DNA of 63,652 nt, the filler included, from Hyphochytrium catenoides (lineage: Eukaryota > Protista > Hyphochytriomycota), in the NCBI GenBank assembly GCA_900088475.1. It is 7 parts of 7 records of this genome, joined end to end, with 100 filler letters (N's around TTAATTAATTAA, not from the genome) between each part and the next. Parts side by side here need not be neighbours in the genome. Positions count along the whole stretch, not along the records: positions 37,182 to 39,258 come from FLMG01001322.1; positions 39,359 to 57,644 come from FLMG01004443.1; 5 more parts are not named here. One strand, written 5' to 3'. The notes beneath the pieces were generated by a model. The model did not search any database and was not told where the DNA came from. It saw only the letters and a program-made list of their open reading frames with translations. Positions 37,182-51,132 of the stretch are shown piece after piece (the stretch's first letter is position 1; the number at the start of each line of letters is the position of its first letter). The translations under genes and the position numbers were made by a program.

Positions 37182-38413
37182 CACTATTATCAGCGCAAAG
37201 AGAGGCTGTGATCAGAGTGTCCAGGATATAAGGGTTTCCCTTCCATAGCTTTGACTCAAGCAAAGCCGACAGAAGAGCGTGAACAGGGCGAGGCCTCTGA
37301 GAGGCGGAAGAGGCAGGATTCTGACAGAGCGATCAAGAGACACACATCTTATTAGCCACCTGCTACGAGGGGCAGAGCAAGAGAACGGCCGCAAGGAGTG
37401 GATTGATAGAAGAGACTAAGAGATATCTGCTCAACCTAAACGTAGGAAGCTAGGGAGCAGAAGAAAGCTTGCGTAAGACAAGAGGACATTTCTAAAGACA
37501 GAAAAATAATGAAAGGATGAGGACAGGGGAGACGCCGAACCCTTACCTCTTCTTTCTCTCTTCTCTGGGCATTGACAAAGCCTTCCAGCAGCGGCCGACA
37601 GCTAGCCTCGGCATCTGCGCTGAGCACTGTCTTTATTAACGCCATGGCGCCTTCTCGGTCGCCTGTCAGCAACGCGCCTTCCAGTCTTAAGCGCAGTCCC
37701 AGCTGACCCAGCTCAGAGGTGAGAGACATGGGCCCCGTTGGAGAAAGAGACACAGGGAGCGTAACGTCCAACCTTTCTCTTGCTGCATCTAAGATATGTC
37801 GTGCCCTACCATTGATCGCTGCGTGGAAGTAATGAATGTCTACTAACTGACGGTCAAGGTTCACCGGCACTGCCTCTGCAGCCGCCCAGTCCTCCAGACG
37901 CTCAATCCTGTCATAAAAACCTGCCTCGCCCGCGAGCTCTATGAGCAAAGAATAAATAGTCCTATAGCAGAGCTCAGTCTGCTGAGGAGGAAGGGGAGAG
38001 CTCGAGAGAGAGGTCCGTAAGGAGGACAGCACGGAGCGTGCGCTGTCTAAGAAGGAGAGCGGGCCGTGAGGAGACCTTTGCATCCAACTAGAGAGAAGCT
38101 TCTTAAGCTTCTCGTCCGGAGAGCGCAAGGTGGAGAACGAGAGCTCATAGTCTAGCGCTTTACGGAGCGTTCGGTGGTCGCAATAGTTAGTTCGGTGCTT
38201 TGAAGTGTCTCTTAAAAGTTTCTTGAGCGCTTCAACTCTGCGAGCTCTATCCTTAGCCGGCTTCTCTTCGTCCACCGCCTCCAGCATCTGCTGAGACCGC
38301 GATGTATAGAGGCGCCATGGCCCAGCTGAAGGACCAAGCCGTGGTGAAGCCCGGATCTCTTTTGTACGTCTCCGCAAGTGCGCGGGACGGAGGCGTCTAA
38401 TCACCCGCAACAT
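37182..38413 (-). CDS. Probable mitochondrion-targeted helical-repeat (PPR-like) protein, 3'-truncated by contig end
   Basis: Arg-rich, acid-poor N-terminus MLRVIRRLRPAHLRRR. PPR-like segment TIYSLLIELAGEAGFYDRIERL. There is a GTAAG donor after ...RREKEE, with further exons running to the contig edge. Confidence 0.5.
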
Positions 38414-39479
38414 AAGTGACAGTAATGGAGATTGGTACCTGGAGGCCCAAGATAGCTAACAATTCGGCGATCACATCTGCTCAGGGTCTCGACACGCTTA
38501 AGACCGACCTACCCCAGCTCACAGCCCTACTAGCGAAAGAAGACACCTTTTGGAAGACCGTCCCTTCTACTGCTGCTCAGGTGGGGCCCAGACAGATTCT
38601 GTCAGCATCACATCTCCATTGGGAAAGAGACCGAGAGCTCAAGAAGAGATTCTCCGCGCAGATGCCAGACAGAGCTCATCGGCATTAGGCCCCAATATCT
38701 CTGTAGGTGGAGTGGTGGTGAGAAGCGAGTGGGACTTCCTGTCATGATGTGGATCAGAACCGGGTAGATCAGTCCAACTAAGGATTTGATTACTGATTGT
38801 ACACCATCTACTTTTCAATTTTATTTGGTTATCCGTTTTGTGATTCTCTGTAGAGATTCTTGGATCTGCAGAAATCTTCTTCCAAGCTTCGCATCATCAT
38901 CATCGGAGGCTCATTCTGCAGATTCTGACAATATTTGGAAGAAGCTGCTCCTCCGCTTCCTCTTTCTCCAGTCTCTGTCCGTTCTGCAAGCCCCTTGAGC
39001 CTCCTGTGCCGTCTATAGATAGAGGCCTGAACGGCCCAGCGGCTCTTAGAGCTATGATTATAAGGGTTCGGTCCCGAGATGGTCTGTGGCGCGTCCCTGA
39101 CCTTGAGCCAAACACAACGCTTTCTCAAATAGCAGACTTCGTCAGCAAGAACTATGGGGTGAAGAAGGTCTGACGAGACATTTTTGAACGTTGAAAGAGC
39201 TTTGAAAGTGACATCCTTTCTCGTCTGCAGGAAGAGCAGAGATGGTTTCTGGACCAGCNNNNNNNNNNNNNNNNNNNNNNNNNNNNNNNNNNNNNNNNNN
39301 NNTTAATTAATTAANNNNNNNNNNNNNNNNNNNNNNNNNNNNNNNNNNNNNNNNNNNNATAGTGTGCCCGACAGACAGCGAGGCGGGGAGAAAGGAGAGA
39401 GACGTATAGAAGACCAGCCCTCACTGTTGTTCCTATCAAGAGCAGAAAGAGGACGAAGGGGTGACCATCCGTAGATCAG

Positions 39480-40620
39480 GAGGCTGGAGGTCGGTCAGTA
39501 GCCTTGTCGTCCGTCTTTATAATGATAAGCGATCAGAGAAGAAGGACGTACCTACGGGACCATCATGTCACAGCGCAGCAAACTGGCCTTATAATTATGG
39601 AACCCCTTGATGTGGAGGGTTGGAGAACAGACGAAGAAGGTAAGCAACGTCTGGCACAGGAGCAGCCGGACAGGAGGAGGGAGGCTCTTCTGGTCCGGCT
39701 CCCCGTCAAAGTAGGTCTAGATTTTATCTGGAAGGTATTATTCAACAGCGAGCCAGCCAGCAAGGGAAGAACGAAGAGAAAAGAAGAGTTGGTGCGCCTC
39801 CTCTACGGGCCAGCACTGGCTCTTCGTGAGTTAAGGACCATCCATGATGAGGCAATAAGATATCATAAGACTTGAATGGGTTCTCAAGGGCAAAGCCGCC
39901 GCTGACCTCGCTGCCCTGAGACAGCTCCACACACCAGAAGCCTCAGGAAACCAATAGTGACGGAGGAAGACAGACTCGCGTGTGTAGAACGGTACTCGTA
40001 GAACCACTGGTAGAACTATTGAGGGACGATACATTATCATAGACTTTGAGGTTGGGATCAAGAGAAGGGCCAGGGGATATTGCGACGAACTCTGGGAGCT
40101 AGGTCTGACATCACGACGGAGCCGTGCAGTTATCCACTATATTAAAATAACGGTAGTGCGCGGTCAGATGTCAGGAACGGACACTCACTAATGAGCTCAC
40201 CATCTGACCAGACAGACCAACCAGAGGACTATATACGGACAAATATAGGATTCTCAATGCCGTGGGCACTCTAGCAGCCATGAGAACAACCTAATAATAG
40301 TATCCGTAGCTCTACTAATTGTACTGGTGATGAAGGAAGACGGAATAGCAGGGGATGCCGCCTTGAATGTTCGAGTCGAACTACCGTGACCGCTGTACTC
40401 CTAGGGAGTCTATAAGAAGGTCTTTCAAACAGCCTCTACTATGGGATGAGAGAGAGAGAGAAAGTATTCAGTTCGTCCACCCTCTTACTAGTCCCGCCCG
40501 GGAAAGGACTAGAACTATTATGTGGGCAGCATTCTTGGCACTATGGCAACCGCTATGGAACTTGTACGAGTAGAATCACAGTGAGAGGATCGTCAGATCA
40601 ATGAAGCGCTGGCACGTCCT
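39480..40620 (+). mobile_element. Heavily decayed Ty3/gypsy pol remnant (RNase H / integrase)
   Basis: Fragments occur in the gypsy order: FIMISDQRRRTYL (RNase H TDH-like), RLLYGPALALRELRTIHDE (integrase Zn-binding region), IIIDFEVGI (ISMDFVTGL-like), AHH...QT...EDYIR and NNSIRSSTNCT (NNSxHSSTGxTP-like). There are many indels and stops. Confidence 0.55.
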
Positions 40621-42232
40621 CCTCCCCATTGCAGGGCCTTAGTCTACTGATGACAATACCCAGTGGAAAGAGGTAGTAGGTTTTACGACGCCTGTGGCTA
40701 TCTTAAAGCTGTAAGGCCGCAGTCTGTCCCGCTAGCAGGGGATATTTTGCGGGAGAGGGGCGGCTATGATGCCCGCCTCGTCGTGTCCTTGGCTGTGATG
40801 AGCAGGAGTGGCTTGTGCAGCAGCTTGTAAAATATAATGTGATGCTGCTCTATCTTCTTCATTCTGAATGCTCTCCGTCTTTACGCCTTGATACATCGGT
40901 AGAGAGTCGTCGGCAATCCATGCAGCAGAACGCGCTTCATCAGATTCTGCAGGGTACTCCTCCTCAACAGTTTGGATCCTTCTCTGTTTACTTGCTCGTC
41001 TTCTTCTTCAGAGTGATGATGGTCTGGTGGTCTTTTGTCCCCTTCTTCCTTCTTCTTTCTTCCGTCCTATCATTATTGCTTAGAAAAGCAATGATAATTC
41101 TTCTTATACATCCTCAGAATGATGGTGTTGGGCAGCGGAGAGAGGCGAAGAGACCAAGACGCCGTGGCTGTTGCTTCTTCTTTCTATTCTTCTTCCTGTT
41201 CTTCTTCTTCTCCTTCTTTTCTTCTTTTTTCTTCTCTCTTTTTTTCCACGTTGTTAACGAGCAATGGAAGGAGAATAGCTGCTACTACTATCTGTAACTA
41301 AGAAGCAGAAATAGGAGAAGGAGGAGAATATGAAGAACAAGGAGAAGAAAACGAGGACGAAGAGGAGGAAGAAGAAGAAGAGACAAGAAAAGCTATAACG
41401 CCGTGGTGGTCGCCTCCTCCTCCTCGGCTCAACAATCTCCTCCTCCACGCTCCTCACCATCAGTAAATAAAGGAAGAATCATCCTTGATCAATCTCCTCA
41501 GTGATAATAATGATAATCAGTGATAATGATAAGGTTAGAAGGCGGCGAAGGAGAGACACCAACCACAATTGTCATCATCATCAAGCTCGGCCGCCGCCGC
41601 GCGGCAAGCAAGCAAGCGAAGGGTCCACCTGCTGCTCAAGAGGAATAATAATAAGAAGCTGCGTCAGACTCTGAAGCGCAATTCTCTCTCCTTCTTCATG
41701 ATCGCTAAAATCCGAAAATAGGGGGAGTTATTGTCGAAGGTGCAGGCACTCCTGGAGGAGCTTTGAGAGAATATAATCTCTCTCTCTCTCTCTGTGTCTC
41801 TCTCTCCCCCACCTTCGCTTCTCTCGCTGTCTCTGCCTCTCTCTCTGTCTCTCTCTGTCTCTCTCTCTCTCTCTCNNNNNNNNNNNNNNNNNNNNNNNNN
41901 NNNNNNGCTTCTCTCTCTGTCTCTCTCTCGCACACACACTCTCTCTATCTCTCTTCTCTCTTCCCTTGCACAACATAGACATTTCACTTTCAGGAAGAGG
42001 AGCACCAGCTGCGATGCTGCAGCCCCTCGGCTCGACACAGGGCAACGGAAAAGAAAAGCGGGAAGAGAGAAGAAGAAGCAGCAGGAGATTAAAAACCAAG
42101 AAGAGTCCGTTCGCTGAGCGTGGCGATAGAAGCAGCTCTCGGCCATTGGTACAGAAACCGAGAGCCAGGAGACGGGCCAGGGAAAGAGACTTGTGGCTTT
42201 GAGGAGCTGGGGATGGTGCACGCTATGCGGAG

Positions 42233-42933
42233 ATGAGCCACAGGAGGAAAGGGCGAGCAGGGCCCGCGAGAGATGAACACCTGGAGCTTGCCGCTGCGGT
42301 TCTGCAGGAAGAGACTGGAGTGCCCTGCTCTCCTCAAAGTATCTTGGCGGCAGCTCGCAATGACTCAGGGCCACAGGGAGAGACGGTAAGTACCAATGAT
42401 CCCACTGCGAGAGAGAGAGAGAGTGAGAGAGAGAGAGAGTGAGAGAGTGAGAGAGAGAGTGAGAGAGAGAGAGTGAAAGACGGTGTGTGAGAGAGAGAGA
42501 GAGAGAGAAAGAAGACGGGGGAGGCGGGCTGCTGGAGAATAAAGGCGGACAAGAAGAGAACGGCTACTTACCTTTGGTACGGCAGACGCTCTTGCTTCTC
42601 CGGCTGCTGCACCACCTCTCCTTCCTACATCTGCTAGAGCTGCATGGGACGGAGGAGGAGCAGGAAAGAAAACTCTGGGCGAAAGGGAGAGGATCCTGTC
42701 TTCTCTCTCCTGAGGAGTCCTTCTCCTGCTACTCTGCAGCCAGCACCACTCAGAGAACGCTTGCCATCTTAGTAGCGAGCCCAGGCTCTCGGGTCCAAGA
42801 GATTTTGGACTCTGCTTGGCAGCAAGCTGAGGCTCTGGAACGATATGGTGAGAGCCTTCTCTCTCACGTAAGACCATCGCGCTGCAGAAAGTAAGGAAGA
42901 AGAGGGGGAGCGGAACAAAGGTGGCGGGCCAAA

Positions 42934-42995
<62 letters not shown>

Positions 42996-45573
42996 AGCTT
43001 TATAATGCGACAAAGCTGTCTCGCCTTTCTATTCTCTCTCACTTCTTGTCTTCTCTCAGACATTCTCCTGCAGGTGGTGCGCTATCATTTGTGGGTTATC
43101 GGCTATGATCCCATTTTTCTTTCCTCTCTCTCTCTCTCTTCGTCCTCGCTGGAGGACTTGCTAAGAGACGTCCGTCCCCGGGAGCTTCTTCTGGCTCTGG
43201 GCTGGCTGATGGCAGCACACAAGACCTTTGACAAGCATAGAGAGAGAACCGTGAGAGAAGAACACTTTCTTCACTTCATGTCACTTTCCTCTTAACACCT
43301 CCAACAGACTTTGAGGTCCTTTGCCTTGGGCACTCAGACAGCGATTTGCCGTTTACTTTCTCTCCTGAAAGCTCCTCTTTGGCCCCCGACATAGCGCTTC
43401 TTCTCTCTTCAGCGGCGTGAGAATAGCTTTGCTCCGCTATCTGTGGCTTCCTTTTGTAACACTTCTCAGCTTTCTCTCTCCTGCAGTCCGTGGTAGATAT
43501 CCCTCCTGATGTTTGCATTCGAAGGAGCCTTTCTATGGCCCAGGAAATAGTTCAATCAAGAGTTAGACAGCGCGCCTCCGCGAAGACAGAGCCAAAGGTA
43601 GAGAGAGAGTGCTAATGTTTGCATCTCCTGTTAACAGCCAACGATCTTTCTCCTCAACTTCACTCTCTTTTTTTTCTCTCTTTCTCTCCTTGTGCATCGC
43701 TCAAGGTGGAGGATAGTATGCACATTGCCCATCAGCTGCTGGGGCAACTGCGTTGCCGAGTGAAGGTCCATGATGAGCTCCTGCATGCACGTGCCAAGCT
43801 GCGCCTCAGACTGCAGAGGCTACAAGGAGGTTCGGTTTGAACTTGCGCATCTTTCGTCTTCCCTCCGATACTTTGTCCTCCCGTCCTACGGTCTCTAACC
43901 TTTCTGCTTCCTCTCTGTCTATACCAGCGAAGCTTTTCCTCCTCATCTCTTGCACGAATTTTGACAGTCAACTCTTCAGCAAATGTATTCTCTGTCTCCC
44001 TTCGTTTGCTATCCTCTCCGCACCTCACATGTACCACTAGTGATCCTCTAGCGCCGCTGCCTCTGTCTCCTTCTCTTCTGCCCCAGAGCCGATCGGAAGG
44101 GTGACAAAGGGTTTACAGGGAGTTTCGTTTCTGTCTCATCGGGCTTTGGAGCCAGAAGAGCTCTTCTTCTGCTTGTCTCCTGATAGAACAACGGAAGAGC
44201 AAGATAATTTGGAGCAGCAGATGCTGCAAAGGTCAGCGTCTACGATGAGTCGTCTTTGCTAATTCCTCTGGCGTATGCCGTTTCCTCAGCCCACCATATC
44301 AGGGCTGCCCCATGCCATTGCGTCTTCCGCGTTCTCATTGCCTTTCGACCACATTTGCCTCGGTTAAGATGTAACATGAAGAACGCGCTCTATACCTCCT
44401 CATCACCCTAACGAGCGCCGCGCTGTACCTGGACTCTCTTCCTTTTGTGCCTAACGTGTTGATGGCTATCCAACTTCTTTTTCCCCGTCGGTAGAGCTCG
44501 CTTAAGTCTCTTACGCCGGTTCTGTGCCCCTGAATTCTCCCCCTGAAATCTACCTCTGATATGTGTTAGACTGGTCGCTGTCAAGCAGGTGCACCGCGCT
44601 CTGCTTCTTGAAGACTCTTTCTGGGCCTGGATGAATGAAGTGGCGGAGCTGCACTTTAAGAATGCAACGGAGGTGCAAGGATGATGAAAGGCTTTCTCCA
44701 ATCGTCTTTCTCTCTCTTCCTATCGGTGGCTCTCTCTGTTCTCTTTTCCTGCTCCCTAACTCCGCACACTCCTCTGCTGACAGCTTTTTTTCTCCGGGAC
44801 GTCTGCTTTTCTCTCTCTTACTTCTTCACTCCTGGCCCTTCGATGTCATTTTTCACTCTTGATTATCGCAGTGTCAGGCTAGATTGTTCTCTTCGTCGCG
44901 ATCCCTAAGAGATTTTGTCCCCTCTATCAAAAGCAGAAGAGCACGGAGAAGCGTGATAACGTGAAGGAGATGCGAGAAGGGGCCCAGGCTGTTCCTTTCT
45001 CTGACCCCGCTCGTCTTCTGATCGAGGAGTTGAGAGCTGACTTAGCTGAAGATCTGAAGGGAAGGGCAGACACTGTCGAGGCAGTGCAGAATCGCTGGAG
45101 CCGGAACAAGGCGAAGCTAAGCAAGACAGAGTATGCAGCACGGTAAGATGCGTTGACTATAAATTTTCCGTTTCCCTCTTGGTGCCGTGTTCTCTCCCGT
45201 TATTCTTCATCTTTATCTGCCTGTGTGACTGATTTTGGGATCTTTCTTTGGGCTCAATGCGTCTTGAAGGCGTCCCGAGCTTAAGCAGCTTGCCGGGATG
45301 GCCGACAGTGAGCTACGCGGCCTCTCAGCGCATGTAGGGCGGACGAAGTTGAAAGAAGGCAGAGGCAAGTCTGAAGAGAAAGAGGCTGAATCCACCGGGG
45401 AACTACTTCGACTGCTAGACGCTTTCTTGCTGGACGATTCGACCACAGTCGTGCTTGCCGCTCTTAAGGGAGGGGGCACTAGTGGCGACAAGCAAATCAG
45501 GAGGCAGCTTGAAGCTACGGTTGCAGCGAGCATACAGTCCTTCAAACAAGCCTACGGATTTAGCTTCATTTGA
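42233..45573 (+). CDS. TEDC1: Tubulin epsilon and delta complex protein 1 homolog, multi-exon
   Basis: Exons contain VVRYHLWVIGY...RPRELLLALGWLMAAH (cf. GSRELLLALSWLLAR), HQLLGQLRCRVK (cf. WLMGRLRFRWR) and EDSFWAWMNEV (cf. LVFWRWMDTV), in the order of animal TEDC1 as recalled. The terminal exon is ORF 45298-45573. Confidence 0.65.
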
Positions 45574-45890
45574 CAACAATTCTAGCTAAGAACGCCAGCT
45601 GTGGTGCCACTTATAGGTCTTTGCTTGTTTACAAAATCTAGAATGGGTCAGATGATAAAGACGCCCTAGCCCAGTGAGCTTATCTTGGAGCTCCCGCATG
45701 AATGGCCTCCATTGCCTTGATGTTATGCCATGTGATGCCAGGATTACTTGGCAGCCACACCTTAGAGGCAGAGGCATTTATGGCAGTTGATTGAAAAAGA
45801 TAGAGGATAGTGAAATCATGGGCGTTGGCTATTCAGTCTTTATTGTAGGTTGGCCCCTTGTGCCGGACTATCTCGGTAGGTAAAAGGACA

Positions 45891-48800
45891 TCAACGGGAA
45901 AGCCCTCCCTTCTTACTTAAATCTTGTTGTCGATGACTTCGTATAAGCCTTACCAATCCCCATCCTAGTAGAGTTACGAAGACCAAAAGGCCCACCGCAT
46001 AGAACCACGCTGAGAGGCACTGCACGCTATAGTGCGGCGGATACCAACCGCATTTCGGGCAGCTCAGTGAGCCCTGAGCTCTTGACACGGTATTAAAAGG
46101 ACATGCCGTACAATGATTGGAGCCTGACTCATTTGCGAATGTTCCCTCTCCGCATGGAATGCATGTTGCACTGTTGGAGGCGTTGGAGAAAGATCCTGCG
46201 GGACAGCTCTCACAGTTACCAAAGCGTTCTTCTCGGTATTCGCCAGGCTTGCAGTTCCCTTGCCGATGGAGAGGTAGAAGATACCTGTCAGCTCATTGAC
46301 CATTGCTGGCTGATTGAAGAGGTACTTACCGTCGAGTGTTAAGAGCTGAAGATCCGCATCCACTACTTTTACGGAGCTCTGGGGATCTAATAACTGATCG
46401 CGTTGAAGCAAAACGGTCAGGTTTGAAGAAGCGGATGGAGTTTGTAAGAGGCTTCTGGCTTCCGCGAGCGACTTGGTTAGTCTGGTCCCCTTAGGAAGAA
46501 CCAGCTCGAAAGCAATTACCAAGGATAATGCAAAAAGCAGCCGTTGTCGTTGTCGGTCTCCACTCCAAGAGGTTAGCACTTGGCCATTACCTTCCCTTAA
46601 GTATATGCGGAGTAGGTATTGCCCAGTTTGCAGCGGTAAGACTGGGTTCAGCAGCGTTTTGATGGCCAATCCTACTCTACGCAAATCAGACTCGGCATGT
46701 GGGGGTAGACGAGAGAATAGTAGGGTTCCGTTGAGAAGTATGGGGCCAGGAGACTCCAACTCATCTTTATCCGTACTGCCAAGTTGGATCGATAAGGTGC
46801 AGTCGGGAACTAGGCAAGGTCCGCATGTGACAGATCCTTCTGAAACCGTCGTTGTGCTCTTGGGACATACCACCGCATTCGTGCCGCCGGCTTCAGCCAC
46901 GAAAAATCCAATTGGAGCTAGGATACAGGAGACGGCCCCTGATGCATTGGCATAGCTACCTGGAGCACACTGTTCACACGAAGGTGTCGCCTACGATAAA
47001 GAGCAACATTCCATTTAAATAATAGTGAGGTTCACCTTAATCTAGGACTGCTCACCGCCATATCAGCAAAGTTGCCTGGCTGGCATTTTTGGCAAGGATA
47101 GTGACTTCCAAGACCGAAATGGCCGATAGGACAAGGCTCTGCCAATGACCTGTTAATTTGTTGATATCCCGGCGCAATGGAAGTGCAACTTGATGCACCT
47201 AGCGCCGGGGCGATGGTACCATCTGGACAGGGCCTGCAGGCAGCTAGACCATCTGCGTCTGCAAAGGTTCTGCAAATGACCAGAAGGCGTTTCAGTGCGG
47301 CATCGATTTAACTCAATGGTCCAAAACCTACCCCGGCTGGCAAGGTATGCAGTTGGCGCTGGTGGAGTTAGAGATGGTCCCCTTTAGGCATAGAGTGCAA
47401 GTGAGGCTACCAATCGTCCGACTAATCGAACCTGGGGCACATGGCTGACAGAAGGTACCACCAGTGGAGCTTGACGCTGTTCCAATTGGGCATGAGATGC
47501 AACTGCTTTGGCCGCTAGCATTTTGGTACGTCCCCAGGGGACAGGAAGCGCACGAGAAATCAGTCTGCACAGCAACCTGAACTAAGAACAACATAAGGTC
47601 CGCGTTTCAGAGGATTGTGTGCATACCTCATTGGAAGAGTAGAAGCCAGAGGAGCAGGGTGAGCACTTTGAACCTTGGATGCCATGGCCTGCTTGACATC
47701 GTCCGCAAAGGGATCCATTTAATGGAACGGAGCCATGGGCACAGCTGGTGCACTATCGGAAGCAAGGCGTATATGTATTTAGTATCCACTGCAAACAAAA
47801 AAGAATCGGTAGGCAAGACCTCTATCCCTCCAACGTTAAGAGAAACTCTATTCTCCAGAAAGCAGTCATAGCAGCTATGCATCCCTGAGGTGTTTGTGAT
47901 TGTCCTGTTAGAAGTAGCTGGCTCAGGCATCCCATGAACAATAAAGTTGAAGAAAGGAGAATGCGTACCCAACTGGACAGGGGACGCATATCCCAGGCGA
48001 AGAACCGTAAGTTCCTGGAGCACAAGGCTGACAAGAGCCGGAGCCTTCAAGGGAGAAGGTTCCTCTGGGGCATGTTATGCACTGAACTCACGTCGGTCAT
48101 CACCAGGGGAAGTGAGGAGACGTACATCAACAATTGAGCTTACCATGGTGCTCCCAGGGTTACTAGAGTAAGAGCCAGCTTCACAAGGAATGCACTCATC
48201 TTCACCTGCATTCCGAGTGTAATGGCCCGGTGGACATACAAGACAGCTAATGGTACTCGCGTTAGAGGCAGACCCTGCTGGGCATTTAGTACACTAGCGT
48301 TGAGAGCGCCCTTAGTAACTTACGGGTGGACTAGAAATGGATATTCATTGTAAATAGGCTTACCGCATTAGATCCAGGTGCCGGACTGATTTGCCCACCT
48401 GGACACCGCAAGCATTCACTTGCGCCGGGACTAACGGAGTAGGTCCCTGCGGGGCATTCTGCGCACGTTGTGTCATTTAATGCGTAGAATCCGGCCCCAC
48501 ACTCCTGACACTAGTGACACGAATATGATTAGCCTCTGTTTGAAAGAGAGTCAGTTTACGCATTGCCTACGGTCGTCATTCCAGCCTGTGCCGCAACCTT
48601 GCCAGGCCCGCAGGATGTACAACTGCTGGCACCGAATTCGCTCGCAGATGTCCCCGGTAAGCACTTGGTGCATTCTGCACTACCTTCCTGATTCGAATAA
48701 GTACCTTTGGGACAGAGAAGACACTTAAGAAGGACAAGCAAAAGTCAGGCCCACACATTGTAGATAGTATCCAACCTCTAGCCACAATGCTACCCACCTC

Positions 48801-51132
48801 TTCCTGGCCTGATACGTTTGCATAATATCCTGGTGAACAGGCTCTACAGGTCGTAGCATTGTATCTATAAGTGCCAGAGGTGCACATCGTACAAGCACTT
48901 CCCCCCAGGTCGGGGCTCACCGTTCCATTAGAACAAGGAGTACATAAACTTTGACCTGAGGAAGAAGAGACTTTGCCAGCAGGACAGAGTTGACAATCCA
49001 TTTGCCCTTGCTGGTCATTGTACGACCCTTCATGGCACTTGAAGCATGAGTAATTTCTCCAAAATGTCCCAGCCGGACATAACTCACAGTAGGCGGAAGT
49101 GGTGTTTGGAACACTTCCGTTTGGACATGTGACGCACCCCGTTCCATCAGCATTGGCAACATCCGTATACCCACAAGCAATGCAAGTTAAAGAGTTCGGT
49201 TCGCCGCTAATAGAGTTCATCGGGCAGCGCTGACAGTCGAAGTGGCAGTTGGACCCATTGCCAGTAGGACAGTACCGCCCAGCCGAACAAATACAAGATG
49301 CAGTCTGATAGAGCACTCGCTGCGCGAAAGATGTCGGCAGGAAAGGGCAATCAAAATGGTGGTTTTCTCCAGAGAGATCAGCCCTTGCGCTATTAAACAT
49401 AATAATTGCATGAGAATAACTAAAGGTCGTCATAGGTAGCATGGATAGAGACTTACACTGATCCTGGCAGCTGAGGGATGTGCCCAGAAAAGAGATTCTT
49501 CTTCAAGAAGCTAAAAACTCTCGTTAGGGAACCTCTCAGTTGACATAAATGAATACCAGGCTGAATACTCACATGTCATTGAGGTTGACAAGGGATGTCA
49601 ATGAAGCTGGTAGAGACCCATTTAGGAGATTTCCCTCAAGGTTTCTATCAGCATGGTATATCCGTGTCAGGGTATGGAAAGCATTACGCACTAGTCTGTC
49701 CTTACATCAAGCGGATGGAGACAGGAAAGGCTGGGAAAGGGCCGCTAAAGCCTGGGGTGTTGTTCGCCGCAGCCCTGCGTTAATCAGGATAGGACAGGAA
49801 AACACTCAATGAACCATCTTTGTAAAAGGGAAGGGACGCACTGGGCTTACACTCTGATCAACTTCGTGGATGCTGAGAAACTTGGTAGGAATCCTCCAAA
49901 AGAGTTCCAAGAGACGTCCCTAAGTGTCACAGTCATCTCTATGAAAGCCAAAAAGATCAGGAGACAGGGCATTCAGAATAATATCTTACAGTAATTGGAG
50001 GGCAGAGCTTGTTGGTGGAAGAGGATCCGTGAGTTTGTTTCCGCTGAGGTACAGCTTTGAAATGGGACTGGTGCTGAAAGCGATAGACGGTAATGGACCG
50101 GAGAGATTGTTTTGCGACAACTCTCTGTGAATACAATTCGTAAGTAGTCTAAACTTTGCAGAGGGGATAGCCATAATCAAAGTGCTTACAAGATCAGGAT
50201 GTCTAGTGAAAGGACGCTGGATGGTACGGACCCCGATAGCTTATTCTGACTCAGGTACCTAAAATCGAGTTGTTAGTTGTTGCATTCAATAAGTGCTTCA
50301 TCCATAGCGGAAGCAAAGGCGACAAAGAACTCTTACACTTCTTGCAGACTAGGTAAGTAAGATCGGGAAAGCCATCCTGGAATGAGACCGCTAATAAGAT
50401 TGTTCCTTAGAAACCTAGGAGAAGAATGTGTTATATGGTGAGAGAGGCAGTGTAAGCTCCTCGAGGCTTCCGCAAAGCCGTCATGAAAGCAGTGGAGAGA
50501 CACTTACAGCTTCTGAAGTTGGTTCATCGCTGGCGTTTGCAGTACTACGTCATTAAGGTCGCAAGAAAGATTTGCCTGACTCAGAGATCTTGCAAAAGAT
50601 GAGCAAACAGCGCTTTCAGTCTAAGTATGCAGGAGAGCGCCACCTACATTCCAGTAACACGAAAAGGAGGGTCCGTGGTTGTATCGCATTGAACACCATC
50701 CCACACGTCATACAGGACAGAGGGCTCCTCCCCATTGGGATAGTAGAGAAGTGTGCCTGTGCAAGGGTCCACGATCATCCCCTCTTCACAGCCAAAAGAG
50801 AAATAGTTTGGGTCTTCTGGCACCGCTGGACCAAAGCACCAGTTCCTAAACGTCCCAGTCCATGAGGCCTGTTTGCAGACCTCTGCCAGTTGTATCAAGA
50901 AGTTTACTACAGCAATTTGTCAGCTTAGAATCAGCTCAGGCATGCCAAGCAATGCTTACCATCGGACGGACTCGTCTGTTGGTTGTTAAGGAATATGCTG
51001 GGCACAGTCGCAGATGGAAGCACCCCTCCCAACTTAGTATGGAGAAGGAGGAATAAAAGAGCTGCAAGTACTTTCCAAAAAGCCATCACGCTTAGAGACT
51101 AGGGATAGGCAAGACCTTCGCAAGCTAATCAT
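45891..51132 (-). CDS. Cell-surface receptor-like protein: signal peptide, plant-type LRR N-cap and LRRs, long array of Cys-rich GCC2/GCC3 (ephrin-receptor-like) repeats, TM, short tail
   Basis: N-terminus MISLRR...FWKVLAALLFLLL; cap DPC...WDGVQC; LRRs such as YLSQNKLSGSVP, ELSQNNLSGPLP and LEGNLLNGSLP, roughly one per exon. Many CPxGTY/CxxCxxG repeats lie at 46900-49300. TM WFYAVGLLVFVTLLGWGLVRLI is followed by ~15 aa and a stop at 45891. Confidence 0.85.

Noticed and set aside
38416-38998. Plus-strand ORFs starting a few bases from the PPR-like start codon
   Set aside because: No recognisable domain or consistent exon chain, and almost no room for a promoter. It cannot be supported as a gene.
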